Assembly: GCA_964035575.1 (NCBI GenBank)
Contig: OZ037835.1
Location: 1,364,001-1,428,000, forward strand
Source of the DNA: Rhynchopus sp. YZ270_cl-10
Taxonomy: Eukaryota
Direction: 5' to 3'
DNA: 64,000 bases
Shown: piece after piece, positions 51,285 to 61,863 of the stretch
Position numbering within the stretch: position 1 is the first letter of the stretch
Layout of the letters: the number at the start of each line of letters is the position of its first letter
Translations under genes and position numbers: made by a program
The notes under the pieces: model-generated
Databases searched by the model: none
Seen by the model: only the letters and a program-made list of their open reading frames with translations
What the model was told of the DNA's origin: nothing

Positions 51285-52150
51285 AAGGTGCACAGGACGA
51301 GAGGCTTTCATCTTGCAATGTTTTCTGCCGCAACACATCTGGAAATGAATGCCTTCTTCGATGTCCTGTTTCCCCTTCCCCCCTTTTGTACCCCACCTGT
51401 CCACCATACTTCAGGACACGTGTTTTCGGTGTTTTTTGGGTCTGGTTTGGGTTTGTGGTTTGGGAAAAAACGGAGACTTATTTGGCTGGGAAAAGACATC
51501 ATCCCTGACAACACACTTGTGGAATCCCACGCAGCTGATGCTGTGCGATAACGGATGTGATCAAAGTGACTAAGCACAGACAGGCTCAGGGTCTTCTTGT
51601 GCACTTTTTCTTGTTTGCAGTACTGTATTTCTGTTTTATGACTCATTTTACACAGGATGGTACTCTGCAAAAAGTACATGAATTCCTGATGAAAAATGAA
51701 AATGTAACTGTGTCCCGTCTTTCCGGATATCGCTATCAAGACATGTAATGTTATATGGAACTATAGTATTCCATGTACCTCCCATTGCTTCGCCATCGTG
51801 CAAACACCCGAATCCGTGCATGAGCATGCTCGAGGCTTTAAAAAAAAAGAAACTCTTGTTTATTTCCCCCACACCTCCTCACCTTCTCCACATCACCATC
51901 ACCCTCCGTTACCTATGATACAGAGCGACACAAATATGGATTTGACTATCAGGGGGTTGAACGGAGTGAAGGATACGGTGGAGCTGGGTGAGGATGACAC
52001 ACTTGCGGTGATGCGGCGGAAGGTGGCGACTGCAGTGGGGTTGCCTGAAGACGGCTTTTGCATGAGTTTCGGATGTGAACCGATTGGAGCAGGAGCGGAC
52101 ATGACGCAGCTGAGCGCTGGTGATACAATCATCCTCACGAAGACTCAGAA

Positions 52151-52224
52151 GGGGGCAATTAACGTCTGACCAACCGCCAAGTGGGGCCCCTGGACGCCGT
52201 GTTCGCATGGTACTGAGTCAGCGT
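52151..52224 (+). ncRNA. HDV-like self-cleaving ribozyme (predicted)
   Basis: P1 GGGGGC(52151-56)/GCCCCT(52186-91) with leading G-U; P2 ACG[T]CTGA(52162-69)/TCAGCGT(52218-24); P3 CCA/TGG; L3 ACCGCCAAG with CC pairing GG(52192-93) as P1.1; P4 GCCGTG-TTCG-CATGGT; J4/2 A-C(52213)-TGAG. Folded by eye. Confidence 0.75.
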
Positions 52225-53785
52225 GGGCGGCCGCCTCTCCAATGATGGATTCGCTCGGGACCGGAGGAGGAACAAGCCGATGTGGGAACCCTGGTTATTA
52301 ATACAACATCACAGTCAATTTCGGGCAGATCACCAGCTTATGTAGGCTACGCAAACCCCTTCGGAGGGGTTTCAAGGATCTGTTACCTGTGCGGTGACTG
52401 GGAGTGTGTTGATGCCGATGAGGGGATCCCAGGTACAAGAAGGAAGCGTTGCCGGTGTCTCTACTGGTGACGGAATATTGTTGCTGTTCCTGTGTTGTCG
52501 TTTGACCGCATGGGAACGTTGTGTTGCTTTGTTGGTGCGTACACTGCATGTGAAACAACTGTGGATCAGCAGGTACGTGCTCTTGTGTATTCAGTGTGGT
52601 GTGTTGTAGTTTTGTTCAGTTCAGTTCAGTTTTCATCTTTTTGCCGTAGTAGAATTCTTGTGTTATGTGTTTAACCTCAGGCTGTGTACACCGTAGTGAA
52701 ACATCTGTGGATCTGCAGGTGCGTGCTCTGTCGTTAATTCAGTGTGGCATGTTGTAGTTTTTGGTCTGTTTTTACGTTTTTGATACGTTAGTAGAAGAAG
52801 GGATCTGCGAACATTCATTCGCAGGTGGGTACAAGTTGTCGCCGTGGCATTCAGCTACGGTGCAGAAGAAGTAGTAGGGCAGACCAACGTCTGTGCTAGA
52901 AGGAAGAGGTTAAACTTTCAGGGTGTATGCACTCTGCAGGTACATGCTCTGTTGTTTTCCAATGTGTTTGTTTTTGTTCTATTTTCACGTGCTTTGGTAC
53001 GTTGGAGATGAAGGAGTTGTCGCCGTGGCGTCCAGCTACGGTGCAGAAGAGGCAGTAGGGCAGACCAACTACCAAATGTAGGGTCTGTGCTACGCGGAAA
53101 GGCTGGTACTTGAGTTTGTTCACTGTTTGTTGTAACTCCTTCCCTACCGGTACTCCCTTTCTTGTAAGGAAGAAGTTACAACTTTCTCTGTACAAATCAG
53201 GGGAATTTTGTGTGGCCGTCTGCCATATTGTGTGGACATGTTAGCTGACGGTGCTGCTGTTTCTTTTACAACAACACTGCTCTTGCTGTTGATTTTTCTT
53301 TTTCATTTTTACTTTTTATTGTTTCGAAAAACGGAGGTTAATGTTTCCGGTTCGGGCCTGGACTCCGACCCCTACTCTTGCTGACGCGAACGAACGGTCG
53401 TGAACCGTCCCCATTCTCTTACGGTGTGGGCACCGCGGTAACGGTGGCTAGGAAGAAGGGAATCACCCAGAACCACTAATCGCAGCCTGACAGGCACCGA
53501 ACCTCGGGTGAGAATCCCCTCCTGTCAGCCCTGTTCGAAGTACCTATTTTGTTTGACCTTCTTGTCTTTTTGACTTTTTGACTTTTTCTTTTATGCTATC
53601 GAACAGTGCACCCCCAGTAGTGTTGGCATGCATACCTGGGCTGGTCGGCTTGCCGATCTGTTCCAGGGACTGGGGTAAAGTGCCACTAAACGCAGCAGGT
53701 ACCTGTGTTTTTTGGGGGTCTTTTGGTTGGGAAGGCCACAGAAAGAAGGCCCGGCCTGCCAGAGACCGTTAAAACGGACTACCAC
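52151..53785 (+). mobile_element. Non-autonomous non-LTR retroelement-like insertion (~1.63 kb, no long ORF)
   Basis: Direct repeat CCTCACGAAGACTCAGAA(G) at 52133-52151 and 53786-53804; no TIRs; 5' HDV-like fold; 3' hairpin CCGTT-AA-AACGG followed by ACTACCAC. Confidence 0.85.
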
Positions 53786-55140
53786 CCTCACGAAGACTCA
53801 GAAGTACCAAGCCATTGCAGAGCTTCATGCGTTGGGTGTGACCGACATCACAGCCGAGAGGTTGGAGAGTGTGAAGGATCCTGAGGTGGCGTGTTTGCTT
53901 CTGCAGGCGGAGGTTGCGACTGTCATTCCGCATGACTTCTTGTCAGACACTTCGTTGACGAGACTTGATCTCAGTGCTGAGTCCATTGTGACTCGCATTG
54001 GAAACAGCTTCCTATGCAACTGCACCTCGTTGACCAGTATCAATCTCTCTGGGTTGAGCAATGTGACGCAGGTTGGTGAGGGCTTCCTTGCGTTATGCAG
54101 TCGCTTAACGACCCTGGATTTATCGCCACTCAGCAACGTTACGTGGATTCATCACAGCTTTCTTTCCGGCTGCACGAGGTTAACCACCATCGATTTATCA
54201 GCACTCAGCAATGTGACGCACGTTGGCTCATCTTTCCTTTACAACTGCAGCAGCTTAACATCCCTGGATTTATCCGCACTCAGCAATGTGACGTCGATTG
54301 GTTTGAGTAGCATTACTTCTACTACCCGATTTGCTTCGAACTGCACTTCGTTGACGAGCATTTACCTTTCCGGCTGCAGCAGTGTTGTGTCCAACGAAGT
54401 GAGGAAGCGTGAGAAACTGAGTAAGCTTCTGGTTGAAGCACAATGACGGAGTGGAAGGACGTGACATGTCTCGCACAGATGATGTGGAACCCACCTATCC
54501 TACCAGAAGTCCACAAGACTTCAAAAGCGTCCATTTTTTGTACCCAACCACAGAGTCTCCCCGAGACACAGTGAACAGACCACACACCGCAGGACATACA
54601 TCCCCTCGAGAATGCCCTCAAGACACCCCATCCTCAACCCCCTACTTTAGATTTTCCGTTTGGAAGTTCGGATTGCGAATTTATTTTGATCTTTTGCGTC
54701 CTCTGCACCCCTGTCAGACAAAAAGTGCGAATCCTGGAAAAAGTCCTGAATCAAAAGTGACTATCAAGCATGAGAGGGTTTAGGTTTCATCACATAAACG
54801 TTCCTTAGCATTGCCGCATATCTGGGTATGTGGCCACTTAGTGTGGTGGATGGAGACACACCGTGTTGTGGGGTTCTTTTGGGCTGGGGTGCTGAGGCAG
54901 GATTGCATGAGTGGAGACGTGGGTCGGAGACTCGGGTGCAGTGGGTATGCTGCAGTGCACAGTGCTGATGTCCCGCAGTTGTCTCGTCCTTTAGAATCGA
55001 AGGTGGCGAAATAAAGCCTCGGCCGTTTGCATCATTATTTGTTCTGCAATGATGCAAGAACCATCGGAGGGTCGTCACCCACAACCTCTGCACAAAAAGA
55101 AACCAACACAAAAGACACAGCAACAATACACAAACACACA

Positions 55141-56790
55141 ATGCCGAAGCGACACGCAGACAGCACGCAGGACGAGAACCCACGAAAGAGAAGACAGCTT
55201 TCTGCAGGCAAGACCTTGGTGGAGGCTATCAGGAACGGTGACATTGTCAATACGACTGATGTGCGGGAGTTCCTTGGGCAGATCCCACACACGGCTGTGC
55301 ACGAGGCATGCAGAAGGAACGACGATGAATGCCTCACACTGCTTCTTCCGTATGTTGACACAACGCAGAAGGGCTTTGGGATGCTGCTGAGTGAGTGTGT
55401 CCACGCAGACCACGTTGCGTGCACGGAGGTCCTCTTGCAGCATTGGAAGTCCGTCTGCAACAACGTGGCGTTTGTCCCGCACCAGTGGACAGACCCTGCA
55501 GTGTGTCGCGTCTTGATTGATGCAGGGGCAGACTTACATACGAAAGGCGAGGACGGATGTTTGCCTCTCCACACTGCTTGCATTTTAGGAGCACTTGACG
55601 TTGTGAAGATGTTGGTTGAAGCAGGTGCGAGTGTGCGTGCCAGAACTGACGTAGGGGAGACCAGTTTTACCATGGCAGCAGGATATGGTCACACGGAGAC
55701 TGTGCGCTATCTTTTGGGCTTGCCTGATGTCGATGTGAATCATGGCAACTTCAATGCGCTTCAATGTGCTGCGAGGAATGGGCACACAGACGTGGTGCAG
55801 GTGCTGATTGATGCAGGTGCAGACATCGACATAACAGCCAACTTCGATGGATGTTCGCTTCTGCACGATGCTTGTAAATCAGGATCACTCGAAGGTGTGA
55901 AGATGTTGGTCAGAGCAGGTGTGGGAGTGCGTGTCACAAATGACAATGGGGAGACGTGTCTTGTCCGTGCAGTTCAGGCGGCACGTTATGGTCATATCGA
56001 GGCTTTGCGCTATCTTGTGTGCTTGCCAGAGGTGGATGTGAATTACCGACAGGGTGGCGACTACACTGCCTTGCACTATGTGATGGATGAAAAACCACGC
56101 ACAGACGTGGTGCAGGTGCTGATTGATGCCGGTGCAGACATCGGCGCAAAGAACAACTACGGACATTCGCCTTTGCACGCTGCTGGCGCTTCAGGAGAAC
56201 TTGACGTTGTGAAGATGTTGGTTGAAGCAGGTGCGGGAGTGCGTGCCACAAATGGCCGAGGGGAACCGTGTCTTTTCCCTGCAGCACGTAATGGATACAC
56301 CGAGACTGTGCGCTATCTTGTGGGCTTGCCAGAGGTGGATGTGAATCGTCGATACGCTGGCAACCGTACTGCGTTGCAGTGTGCACTGGAGAATAATAAA
56401 CCAGACGTGGTGCAGGTGCTGATTGATGCAGGTGCAGATATTGTCACAAACAACAACGCTCTGCACTCTGCTTGCGTTTTAGGATCACTCGACATTGTGA
56501 AGATGTTGGTCAGAGCAGGTGCGGGAGTGTGTGCCACAAATGATGAAGGATGGACGTGTCTTATCTCTGCGGCACGTTATGGACACACTGACACTGTGCG
56601 CTATCTTGTGGGCTTGCCAGAGGTGGAACTGAACCACCGAGACACTGCAAAGAACTACACTGCGTTGCACTATGCGGTGGAGGAAAATCACAAAGAAGTT
56701 GCACAGGTGCTCACTGATGCACTGCTATTGCAGTTTGAGGCAGCAAACTCTCGTATAGCTGCACTGGAGGTGGTGGGGTGTCCCATTTGA
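55141..56790 (+). CDS. Ankyrin-repeat protein, tandem array copy 5
   Basis: Intact ORF, same architecture. Confidence 0.92.
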   Translation: MPKRHADSTQDENPRKRRQLSAGKTLVEAIRNGDIVNTTDVREFLGQIPHTAVHEACRRNDDECLTLLLPYVDTTQKGFGMLLSECVHADHVACTEVLLQHWKSVCNNVAFVPHQWTDPAVCRVLIDAGADLHTKGEDGCLPLHTACILGALDVVKMLVEAGASVRARTDVGETSFTMAAGYGHTETVRYLLGLPDVDVNHGNFNALQCAARNGHTDVVQVLIDAGADIDITANFDGCSLLHDACKSGSLEGVKMLVRAGVGVRVTNDNGETCLVRAVQAARYGHIEALRYLVCLPEVDVNYRQGGDYTALHYVMDEKPRTDVVQVLIDAGADIGAKNNYGHSPLHAAGASGELDVVKMLVEAGAGVRATNGRGEPCLFPAARNGYTETVRYLVGLPEVDVNRRYAGNRTALQCALENNKPDVVQVLIDAGADIVTNNNALHSACVLGSLDIVKMLVRAGAGVCATNDEGWTCLISAARYGHTDTVRYLVGLPEVELNHRDTAKNYTALHYAVEENHKEVAQVLTDALLLQFEAANSRIAALEVVGCPI

Positions 56791-57708
56791 AAGGTGCACA
56801 GGACGAGAGGCTTTTATCAGGGGATGCGTCCAAGTAAATCACGTCAGCAGAAAAGTTCGAGAATGTAGGTTTTATTATTTTCTGCCACTGTACATCTTGA
56901 TGTAATTAACACTGTTTCCCCTTCCCCCCTTTTGCACCCCACCTGTCCACCATACTTCAGGACACGTGTTTTCGGTGTTTTTTGGGTCTGGTTTGGATGG
57001 TTTGGAGAAAAAAGGGAGACTTATTTGGCTGGGAAAAGACATCATCCCTGACAACACACTTGTGGAATCCCACACAGCTGACGCTGTGTGATAGCGGATG
57101 CGATCAAAGTGACTAAGCACAGACAGGCTCAGGGTCTTCTTGTGCACTTTATTGTTTGCAGTACTGTATTTCTGTTTTATGACTCATTATACACATGATC
57201 CTCAACCCCCTACTTTAGCTTTTCCGTTTGGAAGTTCGGATTGCGAATTTATTTTGAGCTTTTGTGTTCTCTGCATCCCTGTCAGACAAAAAGTGCGAAT
57301 CCTGGAAAAAGTCCTGAATCAAAAGTGACTAGCAAGCATGAGAGGGTTTAGGTTTCATCACATAAACGTTCCTTAGCATTGCCGCATATCTGGGTATGTG
57401 GCCACTTAGTGTGGTGGATGGAGACACACCGTGTTGTGGGGTTCTTTTGGGCTGGGGTGCTGAGGCAGGATTGCATGAGTGGAGACGTGGGTCGGAGACT
57501 CGGGTGCAGTGGGTATGCTGCAGTGCACAGTGCTGATGTCCTGCAGTTGTCTCGTCCTTTAGAATCGAAGGTGACGAAATAAAGCCTCAGACATTTGCAT
57601 CATTATTTGTTGTGCAATGATACAAGAACCATCGGAGGGTCGTCACCCACAACCTCTGCACAAAAAGAAACCAACACAAAAGACACAGCAACAACACACA
57701 AACACACA

Positions 57709-59376
57709 ATGCCGAAGCGACACGCAGACAGCACGCAGGACGAGAACCCACGAAAGAGAAGACAACTTTCTGCAGGTGAGGTCTTGGTGGAGGCTGTCAG
57801 GAACGGCGAGACGACTGCCGTGCGGGCGGTCCTTGAGAAGTTCAACCCAGACACAGTGGCCTTTGATGCGGCGCACGAGGCATGCAGACGGAACGACGAT
57901 GAATGCCTCACACTGCTTCTTCCGTATGTTGAGACAACGCAGAAGGGCTTTGGGATGCTGCTGAGTGAGTGTGTCCACGCAGACCACGTTGCGTGCACGG
58001 AGGTCCTCTTGCAGCATTGGAAGTCCGTCTGCAACAGCGTGACATTTGTCCCGCAGCAGTGGACAGACCCTGCAGTGTGTCGCGTCTTGATTGATGCAGG
58101 GGCAGACTTACATACAAAAGACAAGTACGGATGTTCAATTCTGCACTCTGCTTGTGAATTAGGAGCACTTGACGTTGTGAAGATGTTGGTTGAAGCAGGT
58201 GCGGCGGGAGTGCATGCCACGAATGACGAAGGACAACGGTATTTTACTGTTGCAGCAGAGTGTGGACACACGGAGACTGTGTGCTATCTTGTGGGCTTGC
58301 CAGATGTCGATGTGAATCATGGCAACTTCAATGCGCTTCAATGTGCTGCGATGAATGAGTACCCAGACGTGGTGCAGGTGCTGATTGATGCAGGTGCAGA
58401 CATCGACATAACAGCCAACTTCGATGGATGTTCGCCTCTGCACTATGCTTGTGAATCAGGATCACTCGAAAGTGTGAAGATGTTGGTCAGAGCAGGTGCG
58501 GAAGTGCGTGCCACAAATCACCGGGGGGAAACGTGTCTTGTCCGTGCGATTCACGCGGCACGTTATGGACACATCGAGACTCTGCGCTATCTTGTGTGCT
58601 TGCCAGAGGTGGATGTGAATTACCGACACGCTGGCAACTACACTGCGTTGCACTGTGCGGTTGATGAAAAACCACGCACAGACGTGCTGCAGGTGCTGAT
58701 TGATGCAGGTGCAGACATCGACGCAAAGAACAACGAGGGACGTTCGCCTCTGCACTCTGCTTGCGCTTCAGGAGCACTTGACGTTGTGAAGATGTTGGTT
58801 GAAGCAGGTGCGGGAGTGCGTGCCACAAATGACCGAGGGGAAACGTGTCTTATCCTTGCGGCACGTAATGGACACACCGAGACTGTACGCTATCTTGTGG
58901 GCTTGCCAGAGGTGGATGTGAATCATGTGAATCGTCGATACGCTGGCAACTACACTGCGTTGCAGTGTGCGCTGGAGAATGATAAAACAGACGTGGTGCA
59001 GGTGCTGATTGATGCAGGTGCAGATGTTGTCACAAACAACAACGCTCTGCACTCTGCTTGCGTTTTCGGATCACTTGACGTTGTGAAGATGTTGGTCAGA
59101 GCAGGTGCGGGAGTGCGTGCCACAAATGATGAAGGATGGACGTGTCTTATCTCTGCGGCACGTTATGGACACACTGACACTGTGCGCTATCTTGTGGGCT
59201 TGCCAGAGGTAGAACTGAATCACCGAGACACTGCAAAGAACTACACTGCGTTGCACTATGCGGCGGAGCAAAAACACACTGAAGTTGCACAGGTGCTCAC
59301 TGATGCACTGCTATTGGAACTTGAGGCAGCACACTCTCGTATAGCTGCACTGGAGGTGGTGGGGTGTCCCATTTGA
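57709..59376 (+). CDS. Ankyrin-repeat protein, tandem array copy 6
   Basis: Intact ORF, same architecture. Confidence 0.92.
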   Translation: MPKRHADSTQDENPRKRRQLSAGEVLVEAVRNGETTAVRAVLEKFNPDTVAFDAAHEACRRNDDECLTLLLPYVETTQKGFGMLLSECVHADHVACTEVLLQHWKSVCNSVTFVPQQWTDPAVCRVLIDAGADLHTKDKYGCSILHSACELGALDVVKMLVEAGAAGVHATNDEGQRYFTVAAECGHTETVCYLVGLPDVDVNHGNFNALQCAAMNEYPDVVQVLIDAGADIDITANFDGCSPLHYACESGSLESVKMLVRAGAEVRATNHRGETCLVRAIHAARYGHIETLRYLVCLPEVDVNYRHAGNYTALHCAVDEKPRTDVLQVLIDAGADIDAKNNEGRSPLHSACASGALDVVKMLVEAGAGVRATNDRGETCLILAARNGHTETVRYLVGLPEVDVNHVNRRYAGNYTALQCALENDKTDVVQVLIDAGADVVTNNNALHSACVFGSLDVVKMLVRAGAGVRATNDEGWTCLISAARYGHTDTVRYLVGLPEVELNHRDTAKNYTALHYAAEQKHTEVAQVLTDALLLELEAAHSRIAALEVVGCPI

Positions 59377-60002
59377 AAGGTGCACAGGACGAGAGGCTGT
59401 CGACCATAATTCAGGACACGTGTTTTCACGTATTTTTTGGGTCTAGTTTGGGTTGGCGGTTTAGAAAAAAAAGGGACACTATTTGGGTGGGGAAGAGACC
59501 TCACCTGAATGATCATTTCGTTCATCTGACTGATGAGTGGAAGCAGGTGGAAGGAATATCAGATGTAAACCACGAAATGGATTCAACTTTTTTATTTTCA
59601 GTGTCACATTTGATTTTCCATGTTGCTTCGCACGTCGTGTATCACTCACATCGCACCCATACACACACATTCGTGGACAAAGGTGTACGTTTCAATCCAC
59701 ACACGTAGCCCATTTTTGAGCTTCATGTCTCCCAAACATACATCCCACGGGTCAAAGCTTTCTCTACGAAGTGCCCACCAGATGCTTCCGGAGTTGAGTG
59801 CGTCCCGACGTCTTCCCGTGAGTTGCTGCACCAGCTCACGTATGCAGTCAGCGAGGTTCTCGTTCTTAGGTTCCTGATATTGACCCGATTTCCATTTTTT
59901 TTTTTTTTTGGGCAATTTCCGAACGTTGCTACGGAAGCCCCGAACTGATATGAATCACTCCCACAGCAGCCTAACACCCACTACACAACACAACACAACA
60001 CA

Positions 60003-61657
60003 ATGCCGTTCGACTTCACTCTCTGGCGCCGTGCTGAGTTCATGCAGCGTGCGAACGAACGGCGCACACTGGTGCGCTATTTCATGACCCTTCTAAACGT
60101 TCCTGCCATGAAGTGGCGGCGCGTTGCACTCAATTTGTACGCCGCACATCTGACGAAGGTGAAGACAACATGCGAGGGGGCGCTGCTACGCAGGTACTGG
60201 ACACAGCTCTACTTCAATCGGCACTTCACGAAGGACAGACTGCCACGCACGAAGCCTAGGGGACAACGGGCTGACCGCTTCCGCGTGCGTGTTGCGTGCG
60301 ACCTGTTTGGTGCGAAGCGCAACTCGCGCTTCTCCTTTGCGACCGTGCCCGATATGGACCATCTCCTCAACGCTGTGGAGTCGCACTTCGACCAGGTCAC
60401 CCGCGCACAGCGTCCTGCGTCCTTCCCGGACACACCCTTCGAGGTCGCCAGCATCAAAGTCTTCGACGACCCCCGCAAGCGCTGGGTGCCACTCAAGGGC
60501 ACCGAGCAGCTTGCGCGCGACTGCCAGCTGTTCTGCTTCCTCCCTGACGCCTCGCCGTGGCACTCCGACAGCCAAGGCATCATTCCCGAAGCTGAAGACG
60601 TCTGCACATGGACAACAGCCGAGACCTCACCATACAGGTATATTACCACACCCCAATCTTTCAAAACACACCCTTTTGGGGCCATATTCTCAAGAATTAC
60701 CCCGATTTATCAAACACACCATTTCCCCCCTTTTCCTTCTCGACTACCCCAGGAAACCCTCGATAAAGTCAGCTTCTATTTCCGCGTATGGGGTGAGGAA
60801 GCGTTTCCAACTTTCCAACCTCTTCCCCATTTTTTTTTTCTTTCCATTTGCGATTATCCCTACCGTTTTTAGAACTCAACAGAGAGTGTACGTTAAGATT
60901 TCCGCTGGCGCGCTGACCCTTGAAACGCTTCGAGCGGGGACATGGTTAGCCACCTTGGAAAGCTGCACTACTTTTTTTGTGAGAGGCGTTACTTCTGGGT
61001 AACACCAAACACTGCACAACATTTTCCAGGGCCATATTCTGCGCATGAATCGCTCTCACTATCACAACACCACAACATTTCCACCACAGATGCAGAAAGC
61101 CTGCCAGCACCCCTACCAAGCAGAGACCGTCCGCAGAGGTCTCACCTCCACGCGGTGACACAGCACAGCAGGACAAATCGACCTTCGTCTTCTACGATAT
61201 GTGCCAGGTCGGCCGCAACCACTTAAGCTACAGCGACCTGAAAATGGGGTTCACGCGATGCGATATGCTGCTGGATGCTGGCCTTGGCGGGGAGCTTTTT
61301 GATGAAGCGGATGAAGACGCGGATGGGATGCTCACTTTGCACGAATGGACACGCTTTGCGGGAAACAACACAAGCCTTGTAGACGCACTGTACTTCAGAA
61401 TGAAAGATCTCTACAGTAGCCGCCAGGCCGCCAGCCGTGGTGGGGTCAATCACATCACCTCAACCGGGTGCCTTAGTGACCCCAGAGTGACCGCACGCAG
61501 TCCACAACTGACGCAACCGAAGGCATCGGAAAAGCTGCTCCTCGCACAAGAGGTGCAGCGTGCATCCATGGAGGCTGAAGTGGCAAGGGAGGCGCATCGG
61601 TGCGCGGAGAGAAAGGAGCTTGCAGCCAAGACCCGCCTGCATGCATGTTATGGTTGA
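60003..61657 (+). CDS. BILBO1-like protein (BILBO1 N-terminal domain + EF-hands), exons 60003-60637 and 61090-61657
   Basis: VRVACDLFGAKRN…RPASFP…IKVFDD…WVPL…QL…CQLFCF…WHSDSQGIIP resembles the trypanosome BILBO1 N-terminal domain. A GT-AG intron joins it in frame to the EF-hand ELFDEADEDADGMLTLHEW…DALYFR. Confidence 0.8.
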
Positions 61658-61829
61658 AGAGAACGATGAAGAAGAAGAAGAAGAAAAAAAAAAAGGGCCT
61701 CCGTCCATACCGATTAAGTACAAAGCCTTAGGGCGACATTGTGTACAGATCCTACCTCGGTAGGTGATTGTCGATACAACAAAAAAGGATTGTGTAAAGT
61801 GGTCCCTATCCCCCCCTTCTTGTAGTTGT

Positions 61830-61863
<34 letters not shown>

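Larger units (their letters stand above)
51936..54446 (+). pseudogene. Ubiquitin-like domain + leucine-rich-repeat (24-aa, BspA-like) protein gene interrupted by a retroelement-like insertion
   Basis: The 5' part MDLTIRGLNGVKDTVELGEDDTLAVMRRKVATAVGLPEDGFCMSFG…LSAGDTIIL is Ubl-like. The 3' part has LTxLDLSxLSNVTxxGxxFLxxC repeats. Removing the insert plus one TSD copy gives in-frame …IILTKTQK|YQAIAEL…. Confidence 0.85.

Noticed and set aside
51655..54630. Helitron capture of the LRR cassette
   Set aside because: The ends do not show 5' TC and 3' CTRR with a subterminal hairpin.
35691..59376. Diversity-generating retroelement as the source of ankyrin variation
   Set aside because: No reverse transcriptase or template/variable repeat pair is visible, and the differences include non-adenine changes and indels.
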